DNA from: Amoebidium appalachense
Lineage: Eukaryota > Protista > Ichthyosporea
DNA length: 64,000 nucleotides
NCBI GenBank assembly: GCA_963693365.1
Contig: CAVNZM010000005.1
Coordinates: forward strand, 1,798,001-1,862,000
Reading direction: 5' to 3'
The first letter of the stretch is position 1. Every line of letters starts with the position of its first letter. Positions 63,354-64,000 of this stretch are shown one piece after another. The notes under the pieces are model-generated. The model was not told where the DNA came from, made no database searches, and saw only the letters and a list, made by a program, of their open reading frames with translations. The translations under genes and the position numbers were made by a program.

Positions 63354-64000
63354 CTGAATGCACACATCAGCACTTGGCCCTCCCCCCCCCCCCCCCCCGC
63401 CACACACACACATACACACACGCCCACGCACACACACGCACACACACACCTTACCTCTCCCTCCGTGCTCACTTCTTTGCTTCACAGCCTTGAATCCCAT
63501 CCAGTCACCACCAACAAGCGCCCTCCCCTCCCCCCCCCTCCCCCCCCCCCCCCCCCCCCCCCCCCCGGCCGTCCTTCTCACCTCCCCCCCCTCCCTCCCC
63601 CTCCCTCTCCCCCCCCTCCCCTCCCCCCCCCCTCCCTCCCCCCTCCCTCCTTCCCCCCCCCCCCCCCCCCCCAAAAAAAAAAAAAAAAAGAAAGAAAGAA
63701 AGAAAAGAAAAGAAGAAACCAAAGAGCAAAGAGCACACATCCACATGCTTACAGGCACAAACCGTTGCATCAGTATACAAAGACCAACTGCAAATTTTCC
63801 CCACCACAACAACCCACCCAACACCGAATCTCTCTTAACCGACCCACCCTACCTAGCCTCCCCCTTCCCCACCCACTCCCACCCCACCCCCCACTCCCCC
63901 ATCCCCCATTTCCCCCCCCTTGTCACCAATACCCAAGAGATAAACAGCACCATGCCAACACCTCCACGCCAACTCTTCAAAATAATACCACCCCCCCCCC

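Overview
Eukaryotic, intron-rich, microsatellite- and poly-C/G-laden DNA. The gene set (a Cappuccino/FMN-type formin plus a PanB-like gene, which animals lack) suggests a unicellular holozoan such as an ichthyosporean; this is inference. Hand-spliced genes: the 3' half of an FMN/Capu-like formin with a very long C-terminal extension (+, 314-12947); NAP1 (+, 14642-21917); an intronless secreted/GPI-type protein with a triplicated unnamed Cys domain and a TSP1 repeat (+, 28068-29621); a PanB-fold protein with substituted active-site residues (+, 32230-39840); a ZRANB3/SMARCAL1-like SNF2 helicase with HNH domain (-, 41548 to about 60599), interrupted in an exon by a 1.75-kb TIR element; and the 3' end of an unidentified gene (-, 60720-63353). 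The most unusual signal is a ~452-bp, highly self-complementary, apparently non-coding element. It occurs as an 8-mer of near-identical units starting with a perfect fold-back hairpin, and as 5'-truncated copies in two other genes. The recognisable copies end at the same 3' sequence (...CCGCATTCAAA) abutting a poly-C tract. This pattern fits a poly-C-targeting element copied by rolling-circle reverse transcription of a circular RNA (retrozyme/Penelope-like), although no canonical hammerhead core was found. Most short ORFs in the supplied track are microsatellite artefacts.
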